NCBI GenBank assembly: GCA_016186375.1
Contig: JACPLS010000057.1
Location: 1-42,655 of the forward strand
Source of the DNA: Candidatus Pacearchaeota archaeon
GTDB lineage: Archaea; Nanobdellota; Nanobdellia; Pacearchaeales; GW2011-AR1
Direction: 5' to 3'
DNA: 42,655 nt
The position numbers were made by a program, and so were the translations under genes. The notes beneath the pieces were generated by a model that saw nothing but the letters and a program-made list of their open reading frames with translations, did not search any database and was not told the DNA's origin. This document shows positions 33,598-42,655 of this stretch, in pieces (position 1 is the first letter of the stretch; each line of letters opens with the position of its first letter).

Positions 33598-34173
33598 TTA
33601 TTTCCTCTTAAGTCTTATTAATTCTTTATATTTATTAACTTTTTCATTATCTATCTTACTTTTGAATAATTCCTCAATATGGAGTGCATCGGCAACATCT
33701 TTATCAGAGGACAGATAGTATCTTTTAAAAGCGATTTGCCGTTCTAGAGAAGAAATTTTTATTTCTCCAGTTTTTAATACAACAGACAAGTAATTATCAA
33801 ATGCCTCTTCATCTAATTCGTCTTTTGGATATTTAATCTCAAAATTTGGTGCATGAGTGTTTGTCTCTGCAAACCGAACTGCTAATCGATCTTCTAAATA
33901 ACTCAATATTTCATTCTCATTTTCAGTATTAATACACCAAAAATTATTTTGCATTAATTCATGGTAAAAACGAGAAAAAACTTCCTTTTTCAGAGGTTTA
34001 ATAAAAAGATCAATATCTTCTGTTGCCCTTGATCTTCCAAGAAGAATAGAAACATATCCGGATATTATAATATAATCTGTATATTTACATAATATTTTTA
34101 AAAACTTTAAAACAAAAAGGTCTAATTCGTTGGGTATTTTATCGGTAATGATTCTATTTCCTATTAATTCCAT
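33598..34173 (-). CDS. nucleotidyltransferase-fold protein (weak call)
   Basis: ISGYVSILLGRSRATEDIDLFI resembles the G-x(n)-[DE]x[DE] NTase motif. Confidence 0.35.
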   Translation of the reverse strand: MELIGNRIITDKIPNELDLFVLKFLKILCKYTDYIIISGYVSILLGRSRATEDIDLFIKPLKKEVFSRFYHELMQNNFWCINTENENEILSYLEDRLAVRFAETNTHAPNFEIKYPKDELDEEAFDNYLSVVLKTGEIKISSLERQIAFKRYYLSSDKDVADALHIEELFKSKIDNEKVNKYKELIRLKRK

Positions 34174-34257
34174 TAAATAAGATAATGATATGTATATAAA
34201 AACCCTCGTTACAATTATTGAATAATTAATTTGAAGTGTGGCAGAAGTCTTAGAAAT

Positions 34258-35265
34258 TCAAAACAACTTCTGCTGTGAGCCTTCTTTTTTAGATTCACGC
34301 AGTTTCAATATTTGGTTTTCCACCCTTTCCAAGGAAAATTCATGCCTATCAACCAGAATTTCCTTAATCTTGTTTTCATTTATTTTAGGAAATTCTATTT
34401 TTTCCTTTTTTACGTTCGGCTTTTTAAAAATTTCAAATACTTCTTGCCAATTAAAATCTAATCTCTCCTCAACATCCTTAAATATCTGAACAGGGAATTT
34501 CTTTTGTCTTACAAGAGCAAGAGCCTTTTTCGGCCCTATACCTTTAACTCCACCAGGATTAAAATCTGTCCCAACTAAAATTGCAAGGCAGATAAATTGA
34601 TCAGCATCTATTCCAAGATCATTCAATACCCTTTCATATTCAATTATCTCCGGAGCAATATAAACAAAACCACTTGGTGTTTTTCTTTTTCGCGATAATG
34701 TTAGGTTCTGAATAAGATATTTTCCTCCAACAACAAGTGCATCATAATCCTGACTTCCCACAGCAAAGGCCTCACCTTCCTTAACTAGATCAGAAGCCTG
34801 CATTTCCCCTTCTCCGGGAGCTTGAGTTACTGCAATCCCCATAGAAGTTAATAATTCCTTGCTTTCTTCTTTCATTTCTTCAGTTAATCTTGTAAAGCCT
34901 CTCGAATATTTATGCATAGAATCGATATCTTCATCTTCAACAGCTTGCATAAATTTCTCCTTCGCTAAATCTTTAGCTTCCTCTCTATTTTCTTGCGTTT
35001 TTCCCTTCAAAACATGATATTCTCCATCGAAAACATAAATTAATTTAAGGCCATCAGAAAGCAAAGCAATATTCCTATAAAAAAGTCCCGATAAATGGCT
35101 TGTTACCCTTTTCTTTGAATCCATCAAAGGTGTCCCATCTAGCTGCCTTATTGAACTTAAAAATTGATAAATCGCGTTAAAAGCATCAACAGCTATAATT
35201 TTCCCTTTTAAATCTTCAATATTAATTTCTTTTCTTGGAACAATCTCTCCTATCTGTAAACCCAT
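34258..35265 (-). CDS. fen: flap endonuclease 1
   Basis: It has the N-terminus MGLQIGEIVP...IAVDAFNAIYQFL, the LIYVFDG motif and the GVKGIGPKKAL helix-hairpin-helix motif. Confidence 0.9.
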   Translation of the reverse strand: MGLQIGEIVPRKEINIEDLKGKIIAVDAFNAIYQFLSSIRQLDGTPLMDSKKRVTSHLSGLFYRNIALLSDGLKLIYVFDGEYHVLKGKTQENREEAKDLAKEKFMQAVEDEDIDSMHKYSRGFTRLTEEMKEESKELLTSMGIAVTQAPGEGEMQASDLVKEGEAFAVGSQDYDALVVGGKYLIQNLTLSRKRKTPSGFVYIAPEIIEYERVLNDLGIDADQFICLAILVGTDFNPGGVKGIGPKKALALVRQKKFPVQIFKDVEERLDFNWQEVFEIFKKPNVKKEKIEFPKINENKIKEILVDRHEFSLERVENQILKLRESKKEGSQQKLF

Positions 35266-35299
35266 AATATATCAAAGAACAAGGAATATAAAAGTTTAT

Positions 35300-35839
35300 C
35301 TAAAGATGATCTAAAGAACTTGTTTTTTGCCTTTTATTGAAATCATCTATTTCAACTAAAACATCAGGACAATAAATATCAGCACTTCTTCTTATTTTCT
35401 GTTTAATCTGCATCCAATAATTCCACAATTCATTTTTCTTCATAGTGCTATAAGTTCTTACATCATATCCAGTTTCCTTTATTCTAGATAATCTTTTCTT
35501 TATTTCAGTCACTCCAATTTTTTCCCCTCTTTCTAATTCAGGAAATCTTCTAAGTGCTATTCTTGCTAATTCAGTATATCTATAAGCATAATCTCTATTT
35601 ACCAAACTTCTTCCTGTCAAGAATAAATCTCTATATCTCATTAATGGGGTTCCTGTAATATCTTTTTCATCAAAGTAACCCTTTTCTCCTGCGGTTTGAT
35701 AAAAAACTCTAGGATCTCCTATTCTTGCTAATTTATCAAAATCTTGCATTGTATCAGGAAAGAAAGAATTAATAAAACCATTAAGAAGGGTTTTAACTAA
35801 TCGATTTCTTAAAATTGTTTCTTGTGTATTTCCTTCCAT
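35300..35839 (-). CDS. hypothetical protein between fen and polB
   Basis: 179-aa ORF, no motif recognised. Confidence 0.4.
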   Translation of the reverse strand: MEGNTQETILRNRLVKTLLNGFINSFFPDTMQDFDKLARIGDPRVFYQTAGEKGYFDEKDITGTPLMRYRDLFLTGRSLVNRDYAYRYTELARIALRRFPELERGEKIGVTEIKKRLSRIKETGYDVRTYSTMKKNELWNYWMQIKQKIRRSADIYCPDVLVEIDDFNKRQKTSSLDHL

Positions 35840-35962
35840 ATGTAATAGAAAAAACCCCCATTTAAAAACCTTTCTATTTAACCACTTAAAAATGACAATT
35901 TGATATTAAAATATAAATTAGGCAATAGATAACTTATAAAACTCTCTCACCTTTATAATAAA

Positions 35963-38287
35963 ATGAAAGGGTACATTGTTGACGCATTGCATCAAATAAA
36001 TAATGGCAAAACAGAAATTCATCTCTTTGGCCGTTTGGAAAACGGACAATCTTTCTTTACCTCGCAAACAATTGAGCCATATTTCTTTATTAGATCATCA
36101 GACACTGGTAAAGTAAAAAAAATTCTTCAAAAATACAAATTTGAATCTGTACCTTTTACAAACTTTAAGGGTGATAAAGTTACAAAAATATCACATCCTC
36201 TAAATTCTGAATTAACAAAACTTGCACAAGCCTTGCACAAAACAACTGATACATATGAAGCAGATATAAAACCTGTCCAAAGATATCTTATTGACAATGA
36301 TATTCTAGGATCGATAGAAATTAAAGGTGAATCAGAATCCAGTGAGAAAATTGATCGTATTTTTAAAAATCCTGATATAAAGCCTTCAATTCTTAACCCT
36401 AAATTAAAAATTCTTTCAATTGATACAGAATCAAGCAAAAAATCTGGAAATTTGTATTGCATAGGCCTTTATTCAGAAAATTATAAAAAAAACTTTATAG
36501 TATCTAACAAGAAAGTAGATAATGCTATCTCTTGCAAATCTGAAGCAGAATGTCTTTTAAGATTTAGAGAAGAAATAAAAAAATTTGACCCCGATATTAT
36601 TACTGGATGGAATTTAATAGATTTTGATCTGGTCTTCCTGCGCAATCTCTTCAACAATAATAAAATTCCTTTTGACCTTGGCAGAACAAATGTTGAAGGA
36701 AAAATCCGTATTGAAGATAATTTCTTTAAATCCTCTTCAGCAGACTTTCAAGGGAGACAGGTCTTAGATGCCCTTAATTTGATTAAAGATCCTTTCATAA
36801 AAGAAGCCCCATCAATTAAAAACGCCCAGTTTGATACTTACACTCTTGAAGATGTATCACAATCTATTCTCGGTACTGGCAAATTAATTAAAGGAAAGAA
36901 AAGGCATGATGAAATTGAAATACTTTATGATACTGACCCTCAAAAAATAGTTGATTATAATCTCTTAGACTGTAAATTAGTTTACGACATTATTGAAAAA
37001 ACAAAAATTATTAATCTTGCAATAGAGCGCTCACAACTTACCGGTATGCCTCTGGATAAAATAACTGCATCTATTGCTGCATTCGATTCTTTATATATTA
37101 GAGAGGCTCGGAAGAGAGGTTTTGTGTCACCAACAACTCACTATGGCCAAAAGGAATCAAAAATCATAGGGGGATTTGTCCAAACCCCTATTCATGGAAT
37201 ATACCAAAATGTTCTTGTATTTGACTTTAAGTCTCTATATCCTTCAATAATAAAAACATTCAATATCGACCCCGCATCCTACCTAGGCAAAGATAAAGAA
37301 AAAGGTTCCATAGAATCACCAAATAAAGTTTATTTTAAAAACCAACAAGGAATTTTGCCAGATATTCTCCAAAAACTTCACGAAGCAAGAGAAACAGCAA
37401 AAAGAGAAAGCCGGGAATTGGCAAATTATTCAATAAAGATTATCCAAAATTCTTTTTACGGAGTCCTAGCATCACCAAATTGTAGATATTTTGATTTTGA
37501 CTTGGCTTCTTCTATTACTAATTTTGGTAGACAGATAATTCAATTAACTGCAAAAGAAATTGAAAAAAAAGGGTTTAAAGTTATTTATTCTGATACAGAT
37601 TCAAATTTCGTTAATACGAAACTTGAGAAAATTAATGCTCAAAAGTTAGGAAAAGAACTTCAGGATTACATAAATGAATTTTATCATAAATATGTAAAAG
37701 AAAACTATAATAGAAAATCTTTTCTTGAACTTGAATTTGAAAAACTCTATCTATCATTAATGTTCCCTCTTATGAGAGGAAAAGACTCTGATAAAGCAGC
37801 TAAAAAGCGTTATGCAGGCTTAATAGAGAAAAATGGTAAAGAAGAACTAGAAATTGTAGGACTTGAAGCCATAAGAGGAGATTGGACTGAAGCTGCCCAA
37901 GATTTTCAACGTGAAATCTTATTTAAATTATTTCATCACGAATCCCTAGATTTCCTCATAAAAAACTATATTAAAAGATTAAAAGAGGGAGAATTGGATG
38001 ATAAATTAATTTATAGAAAATCAATTAGGAAAGAACTTACAGAATACACAAAAACAACTCCCCCACATGTTAAAGCAGCAAGAAAATTGGAAAAACTTGA
38101 TTCCAATATTATACAATATTATTTAACAACAGACGGTCCAGAACCTATCCAAAATCTAAAGCATAAAATCGACTATGATCATTACATAGAAAAGCAAATC
38201 AAGCCTATTGCCAACCAAGTTCTCATTCTTTTAGGAAGAGACTTTGATTCTCTTATATCATCAACAAGGCAAAAAAAGCTTTTTTAA
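35963..38287 (+). CDS. polB: family-B DNA polymerase
   Basis: Exo I is ILSIDTES and Exo II is GWNLIDFDL. Pol motif A is DFKSLYPSII and motif C is YSDTDS. Confidence 0.9.
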   Translation: MKGYIVDALHQINNGKTEIHLFGRLENGQSFFTSQTIEPYFFIRSSDTGKVKKILQKYKFESVPFTNFKGDKVTKISHPLNSELTKLAQALHKTTDTYEADIKPVQRYLIDNDILGSIEIKGESESSEKIDRIFKNPDIKPSILNPKLKILSIDTESSKKSGNLYCIGLYSENYKKNFIVSNKKVDNAISCKSEAECLLRFREEIKKFDPDIITGWNLIDFDLVFLRNLFNNNKIPFDLGRTNVEGKIRIEDNFFKSSSADFQGRQVLDALNLIKDPFIKEAPSIKNAQFDTYTLEDVSQSILGTGKLIKGKKRHDEIEILYDTDPQKIVDYNLLDCKLVYDIIEKTKIINLAIERSQLTGMPLDKITASIAAFDSLYIREARKRGFVSPTTHYGQKESKIIGGFVQTPIHGIYQNVLVFDFKSLYPSIIKTFNIDPASYLGKDKEKGSIESPNKVYFKNQQGILPDILQKLHEARETAKRESRELANYSIKIIQNSFYGVLASPNCRYFDFDLASSITNFGRQIIQLTAKEIEKKGFKVIYSDTDSNFVNTKLEKINAQKLGKELQDYINEFYHKYVKENYNRKSFLELEFEKLYLSLMFPLMRGKDSDKAAKKRYAGLIEKNGKEELEIVGLEAIRGDWTEAAQDFQREILFKLFHHESLDFLIKNYIKRLKEGELDDKLIYRKSIRKELTEYTKTTPPHVKAARKLEKLDSNIIQYYLTTDGPEPIQNLKHKIDYDHYIEKQIKPIANQVLILLGRDFDSLISSTRQKKLF

Positions 38288-38356
38288 ATTTTCACTATTA
38301 AAAATAAGTAAATTTTCTACTATCAAACTTAAATAGTCCGCTGTGTTATTGATTAA

Positions 38357-38617
38357 ATGAGATCACAAATTGATTGTGGATTGTTTGAAGCTTATTGGAA
38401 CCCTATCACACAAGACTATTATTCCGTGACATTCAGATCACCAAACAGCGATATTACCTCTGTTACATTAACTACAAAATCAGGTGATAGAGAAACTACT
38501 TTCTGTCTATCTTACTCTGACTCAAATGACGAGATAGTATTAAGAAGATCTTCTTCCTCTCAATTCCCAGATGATAGAGATATCCCAGAAGCTTCAAGAT
38601 ACCTGGAAGAACTTTAA
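38357..38617 (+). CDS. hypothetical protein
   Basis: 86-aa ORF, no motif recognised. Confidence 0.3.
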   Translation: MRSQIDCGLFEAYWNPITQDYYSVTFRSPNSDITSVTLTTKSGDRETTFCLSYSDSNDEIVLRRSSSSQFPDDRDIPEASRYLEEL

Positions 38618-38763
38618 ACACACCAATAATTTTTATAGATAATTTTTCTAAAACACAAGTGATATTCTAGTGAAGACATTTATGCTCGCAAAATTAACAA
38701 AGCAAGTGGCATATATCTCTTATAAAATAAAAAAATAAATGCCTTATAAAAGGCAGAAAAAAA

Positions 38764-38877
38764 TCAATTTTCTAGAGATTCGAGGTCTTCGAAAAGACCA
38801 TCTACCTCATCAATACCTAGCTCGGACTCTTCCTGCTTTGGTATTTCATTTCCTTTTTTAACCTCTTTTCTTTCCAT
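38764..38877 (-). CDS. 37-aa acidic peptide (tentative)
   Basis: The peptide is MERKEVKKGNEIPKQEESELGIDEVDGLFEDLESLEN. On its own strand it is followed by a 6-bp hairpin (38740-38755) and a T-rich run. Confidence 0.25.
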   Translation of the reverse strand: MERKEVKKGNEIPKQEESELGIDEVDGLFEDLESLEN

Positions 38878-39139
38878 ATTAGGTTTTTTTTCAATATTCC
38901 TTAAGGTATTTAAAGCTTGCCTCTATACTTGTTATTACTTTATAATACTTAATTAATTAAAAAGTGGAAATTAACAAAAAAGCAAAATTTAAATAGGGTA
39001 AAATCAAGATAAATTAAGAAAGAAGTTTCACCTTCATATTCACGTCCATGCGGACAATTGCAATAAAAAATTTCTTTCTAAGAATAGTATATAGTGTATA
39101 AGTTAATTTGGAAGATAATTAAATTGAAATAGAATTAAA

Positions 39140-40309
39140 ATGGCAAAAATAAGTCCAGTATCAATAAAGTATATGATTCATGCCTCATTTAAAGCAGAAG
39201 GTCATCTTGAAAAACCTGATGTAATCGGAGCCATATTCGGGCAGACAGAAGGTTTATTGGGCTCAGAACTTGAAATGCGCGAACTACAAAAAGAAGGAAA
39301 AATTGGCCGTATTGAAGTAAGCCTGGAGGCAGTTGACGGTAAAACACTTGGAGACATAGAAGTTCCTACAGCCCTTGACAAGTCAGAAACTACAATTATT
39401 GCTGCGGCTTTGGAAACCATTGATAGAATAGGCCCAACTGAAGCACTAATCCAAATCACAAAAATCGAAGATGTCAGAGGAAGTAAAAGAGACTTTATAA
39501 TCAATAGGGCAAAAAAACTACTTGAATCCTTGGAAACAAAAGGAGAATTAGAAGAATTTACAAAAACACTAAAAGAAGAGAGCAGAGCTGAAAAAATTCA
39601 GGAATATGGAAATGAGAAACTTCCCGCTGGTGACTTGTCAGGAAATGAAGTAATTGTTGTAGAAGGTAGGGCAGACGTTGTAAATTTACTAAAAAACAGA
39701 GTTAATAATGTCATAGGTATGAACGGGACTAAATTACCTGCAGAAATTTCTAAGCTTGGTGAAAGCAAAGAGCTTGTACTATTTATCGACGGAGACAGGG
39801 GAGGAAAACTTATTGCTAAAAATGTTATTAGTAATGCTAAAATTGAGTGGGTTGCAGTTGCACCAGATGGCAAAGAAGTTGAAGAGCTAACAGGCAAAGA
39901 AATACTTATATCCTTAAGAAAAAGATTACCTGCAAAAGAATTTCTAAGCAGAATTGGAAATGTTAACGGATATAGTTTTAATGAAAAAGAAAAAGAAAGC
40001 TCTTCTAAAATTGATGAGCAATCAATGCCTGGTGATGTGAAAGAATCTTTAAGAAAGGTATATGAGAGTATAAAAGGAAGCAAAGATTCCTTGATCTTGG
40101 ATAAGAATAATGAAATTATCAGAAGAATTTCTTCAAAGGAGATTAATAGAGCTATTTTGGGAGCTGTAAAAGAAATATCAGCAGTAATAATAGATGGAAC
40201 AGCCACGAGTGGAATAATAAAATTATGTGATGAAAAAGGTATTAGTTACTTAGCAGCCTTAAATTTCACCTCCGTCCCTGATGCTAAAGTGAAATTGATT
40301 AGTTTGTAG
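39140..40309 (+). CDS. dnaG: archaeal DnaG-type TOPRIM protein
   Basis: It has the conserved archaeal DnaG N-terminus (IKYMIHASFKAEG...PDVIGAIFGQTEGLLG). The TOPRIM motifs are VIVVEGRADV and LFIDGDRGG. Confidence 0.85.
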   Translation: MAKISPVSIKYMIHASFKAEGHLEKPDVIGAIFGQTEGLLGSELEMRELQKEGKIGRIEVSLEAVDGKTLGDIEVPTALDKSETTIIAAALETIDRIGPTEALIQITKIEDVRGSKRDFIINRAKKLLESLETKGELEEFTKTLKEESRAEKIQEYGNEKLPAGDLSGNEVIVVEGRADVVNLLKNRVNNVIGMNGTKLPAEISKLGESKELVLFIDGDRGGKLIAKNVISNAKIEWVAVAPDGKEVEELTGKEILISLRKRLPAKEFLSRIGNVNGYSFNEKEKESSSKIDEQSMPGDVKESLRKVYESIKGSKDSLILDKNNEIIRRISSKEINRAILGAVKEISAVIIDGTATSGIIKLCDEKGISYLAALNFTSVPDAKVKLISL

Positions 40310-40335
40310 TTCTAGGAATTGGCTTTTATAATCTT

Positions 40336-40665
40336 CTAAAATCTTACTCCTTCTAACACATCTTCTTCTAATACCCACTTTAATCTCATAGAATCGCACC
40401 ATTTTTTAAGCATTAACTTAACTCCCATTATAGTTGGTGCTCCTCTTTTTAAATCATGATGGAGCTTATCTAGTAATTGCCCTCCAACCTCACTTCTTTG
40501 TTTTTGATAAACAACTTCTCCACTAAACCAATTAACTCCATCGTATCCTTCTTCAGTACGCCCAATTATTCTGCCTTCGAGATGTAAATTCTCTCCAGGA
40601 TTTCCATAAGGTATGTCAAATCTTTTTACTATAGCAAGAGGATTTTTCAAATAATCAATTTGCAT
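40336..40665 (-). CDS. hypothetical protein
   Basis: 109-aa ORF, no motif recognised. Confidence 0.35.
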   Translation of the reverse strand: MQIDYLKNPLAIVKRFDIPYGNPGENLHLEGRIIGRTEEGYDGVNWFSGEVVYQKQRSEVGGQLLDKLHHDLKRGAPTIMGVKLMLKKWCDSMRLKWVLEEDVLEGVRF

Positions 40666-40687
40666 AATAAAAATAGTAATTCAATGT

Positions 40688-40857
40688 GTCAAGAATTCCG
40701 GAGTAAATTCCAGAGCGTGAATGGAGTTCTTGAGCATGTCAGAAACAGAAGGTTTCTGAGCACCTCGAAACTCAAAGAGTTTCTCAGCCTCGAAAATTAT
40801 TTTTGCTTTCTCTCAAACTTAAGTAAGAAGTTTAAGCAAAAATAATTTTCTTAGTAT
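40688..40857 (+). repeat. structured element B, copy 2, with an internal expansion of about 55 nt (candidate small ncRNA)
   Basis: It has the same GTCAAG...TTCCGGAGTAAATTCC...GCGTGAATGGAGTTCTTGA 5-prime part as copy 1. A 15-bp stem pairs 40792-40806 with 40836-40850 around an AAACTT/AAGTTT hairpin. The tail is the same TTTTCTTAGTAT. Confidence 0.5.
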
Positions 40858-40917
40858 TTAAATCTTTTTTAAGAATTAATAATTACTTTTAATCAATAAC
40901 GAATAATAATAAATTAC

Positions 40918-41223
40918 TCAATCGTGTCTAGGCACACTTAAATTTCTAATATTACTGTCTGCAGTTCTTTCCACCAAATAAGCAAGTTCGGTAAATCCGG
41001 AAATCTCCAAATATTCTCTAACTTTAGAGATAATCAAGCGTCGATCATCTGGTAATGTTTCAGAATGACAGTCATGTTCGAAAGCTAATGCTATGTTAGA
41101 CATATGGACCGGCTCACCAACACCCCTTGAAATTTCAAACTGTAAAACCGAACGAGCTCTGGAACTTTTATAAGCACATGCAAAAAATTCATTGTTAGTA
41201 TTATCGTAATGTGTCATTTTCAA
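40918..41223 (-). CDS. hypothetical protein
   Basis: 101-aa ORF, no motif recognised. Confidence 0.35.
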   Translation of the reverse strand: MKMTHYDNTNNEFFACAYKSSRARSVLQFEISRGVGEPVHMSNIALAFEHDCHSETLPDDRRLIISKVREYLEISGFTELAYLVERTADSNIRNLSVPRHD

Positions 41224-41345
41224 TCTTTCACATCAATTTTCACAGCCTTTTAAACCTTCACATCTTTAAGTGCAAATCATATTATTTGTTATTTTCTAGG
41301 GAAGAACAATGCTTAAATAATAGTAAATCTTTAGATATTTATCAA

Positions 41346-41858
41346 ATGGAAACTCACGGGAGGCAAGCATTTACGATTTTGCAAAATCCAACATCTCTCT
41401 ATCGGGAATTTCTGGCAGAGCGTCAGGAAATTTTAGATCATAAGTGGATAGAATCCGAAAAAGCTGAACATGATATTGGTTTTGAGGGAGCGTTAACTGA
41501 TTGGATTGTTAAACACAAGGAAGGATGGCGCAGAAGAAGAAATTATCAAGGAATTTTAGAAGCAATTCAAAATCACGGAATTAAAATAATCGTATTATCA
41601 GGAAAGAATGTTTATGTTTTACCTCCACTTGAAGAGACCCATCACCATATTAGTAATTTACAAGAATTGTGCGGAGATTATATCCTTGAACAACAAAATA
41701 CTCTAAGAAAGTCTATTGTTCCCTTGGATCGTCCTGTTTTAGGAAAAATCTTTATTAGAGAATACAAAGAAGGAAATCATAATTATCGTCTCCATATTGA
41801 GGAAAGCTTAGAAATTACTGTTAATAGAAGCCAAGAAGGAATACTTAAAATTGTTTAA
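41346..41858 (+). CDS. hypothetical protein
   Basis: I prefer the start at ATG 41346 (METHGRQ...) because the ORF-track start 41211 overlaps the neighbouring gene. The segment ILDHKWIESEKAEHDIGFEGALTDWI looks like a conserved helical motif that I cannot name. Confidence 0.4.
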   Translation: METHGRQAFTILQNPTSLYREFLAERQEILDHKWIESEKAEHDIGFEGALTDWIVKHKEGWRRRRNYQGILEAIQNHGIKIIVLSGKNVYVLPPLEETHHHISNLQELCGDYILEQQNTLRKSIVPLDRPVLGKIFIREYKEGNHNYRLHIEESLEITVNRSQEGILKIV

Positions 41859-41994
41859 TTACTTCATTTTTTGTTAAACCTTCAATATAATTTGTAATAT
41901 ACAAGCCAAATCATCTACTCTATTTATTTTTTGTAAGATATCAAAAATAATTAATTATACTTTAATATTGTAATAGATATTTATACGAATATTA

Positions 41995-42655
41995 TTATTT
42001 TTTAGCTACATTATCCCATAGAAATTTGTGATAAGCCTTATAATTTTCAGAAAGCTCTTTGCTTTCTATAAGAAAAGCAAATAAAGTCTCTCCATAAAGA
42101 AATTGCACAACTTTATTTCCATATATGCAAATTACAACAGGGTTAGCACTAAATTCTTTTGGCAGAAAGCGAAGATGTTCAAATTGGAATTGTTTTATTT
42201 CCTTTTTCATTTCAATACGGTGCAAGTTAAACCAAACAATTTTCTTCGAAATCCTTCTTTTATTCCAATTATTGAAAAAATCTGGAAATCTCCGAGGAAC
42301 ATATCTTCCAGAGCCTATCCAATATGTTACTTTATAATTAAGAGTATCTTCCCATACTGCTTTTATTCCTTCAATACCTCGATAAACTTCTGCCTTAATA
42401 TCTGGTTTTTTGGATTCAAACCTAGATAATATATCCGGCATAATATCAGAGACTTTATTTTTTATATTATTTAAAATATCTTTCTTTTCCTCAATATAGC
42501 TTAAGATCTTTTTTGGATTTGAAAGATGAAATGTTCTTCTCTTATTCTCATCAATATATGTAACAAATCCACGTTCAATTAATTTGTTAAGGATGTCATA
42601 GATATTTCTTCTTTCAATTCCTGTTTTCTCATGTATTTTATTTGTTGAAGTTTTA
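41995..42655 (-). CDS. TrmB-family transcriptional regulator, 5-prime end beyond the window
   Basis: The frame stays open from 42441 to the window edge. That extension encodes a wHTH (IHEKTGIERRNIYDILNKLIERGFVTYIDENKRRTFHLSNP), followed by a TrmB-like C-terminal domain. Confidence 0.6.
   Translation of the reverse strand, partial: KTSTNKIHEKTGIERRNIYDILNKLIERGFVTYIDENKRRTFHLSNPKKILSYIEEKKDILNNIKNKVSDIMPDILSRFESKKPDIKAEVYRGIEGIKAVWEDTLNYKVTYWIGSGRYVPRRFPDFFNNWNKRRISKKIVWFNLHRIEMKKEIKQFQFEHLRFLPKEFSANPVVICIYGNKVVQFLYGETLFAFLIESKELSENYKAYHKFLWDNVAKK

Noticed and set aside
39202-40206. 100-aa and 202-aa minus-strand ORFs inside dnaG. Analogous antisense ORFs lie inside secF/secD, EF-2, the ATPase, polB and the sigma partner gene.
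   Set aside because: All lie antisense or out of frame within genes that have strong family motifs. Their Ser/Leu/Ile-rich translations are typical shadow ORFs in AT-rich DNA.
1-42655. Alternative genetic code (stop-codon reassignment) as the explanation for in-frame TGA and TAG codons.
   Set aside because: TAA, TAG and TGA each terminate highly conserved genes at the expected protein ends: TGA for secD, secF and fen, TAG for dnaG, and TAA for rps12, rps7, EF-2 and polB.
1-42655. CRISPR arrays, diversity-generating retroelement, integrase- or transposase-bounded mobile elements, prophage.
   Set aside because: I saw no regularly spaced direct repeats. No reverse transcriptase, integrase, transposase or capsid/terminase-like ORFs are present. 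The only repeats are the two short structured families and the 88-bp direct repeat around AbiE.

Overview
This is a strongly AT-rich, gene-dense fragment. All of its informational genes are archaeal: archaeal/eukaryal-type uS12 and uS7, aEF-2, FEN-1, family-B DNA polymerase, archaeal DnaG, SecF/SecD and a stand-alone 5S rRNA. By inference the source is a small-genome, DPANN-like archaeon. All three stop codons terminate well-conserved genes, so the genetic code looks standard.

Main content, left to right:
- 1-3.4 kb: a half-size deoxyhypusine-hydroxylase-like HEAT protein with an in-frame TGA, the 5S rRNA, and two heptose-nucleotide pathway genes.
- 3.5-4.4 kb: a class II tRNA gene whose two halves are separated by about 850 bp. 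The gap holds a decayed LAGLIDADG endonuclease gene and a second, complete class II tRNA.
- 4.4-4.8 kb: two families of short structured repeats. Each has a second copy elsewhere in the window and compensatory stem substitutions between copies.
- 4.9-11.8 kb, minus strand: a surface-protein operon with a 1623-aa sequon-rich giant protein.
- 12-14.5 kb: an intact bacterial-type sigma-70 factor, translationally coupled to an unknown protein.
- 14.6-24.9 kb: tRNA-Gly, secFD, a vapBC pair broken by a hairpin-repeat insertion, a GT2 glycosyltransferase, and rps12-[novel ORF]-rps7-EF2.
- 25-34 kb: an accessory/defence-like island. It holds MNT-HEPN, AbiEi/AbiEii flanked by 88-bp direct repeats, a cluster of four unknown membrane proteins, an AAA_14/DUF4143-type ATPase and an NTase pair.
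- 34-40 kb: replication genes fen, polB and dnaG.

The most unusual items are the sigma-70 module in an archaeal context and the interrupted tRNA with its nested tRNA and homing-endonuclease remnant. No CRISPR array, transposase, integrase or reverse transcriptase was seen. All calls come from manual reading and motif recall, with no database search.
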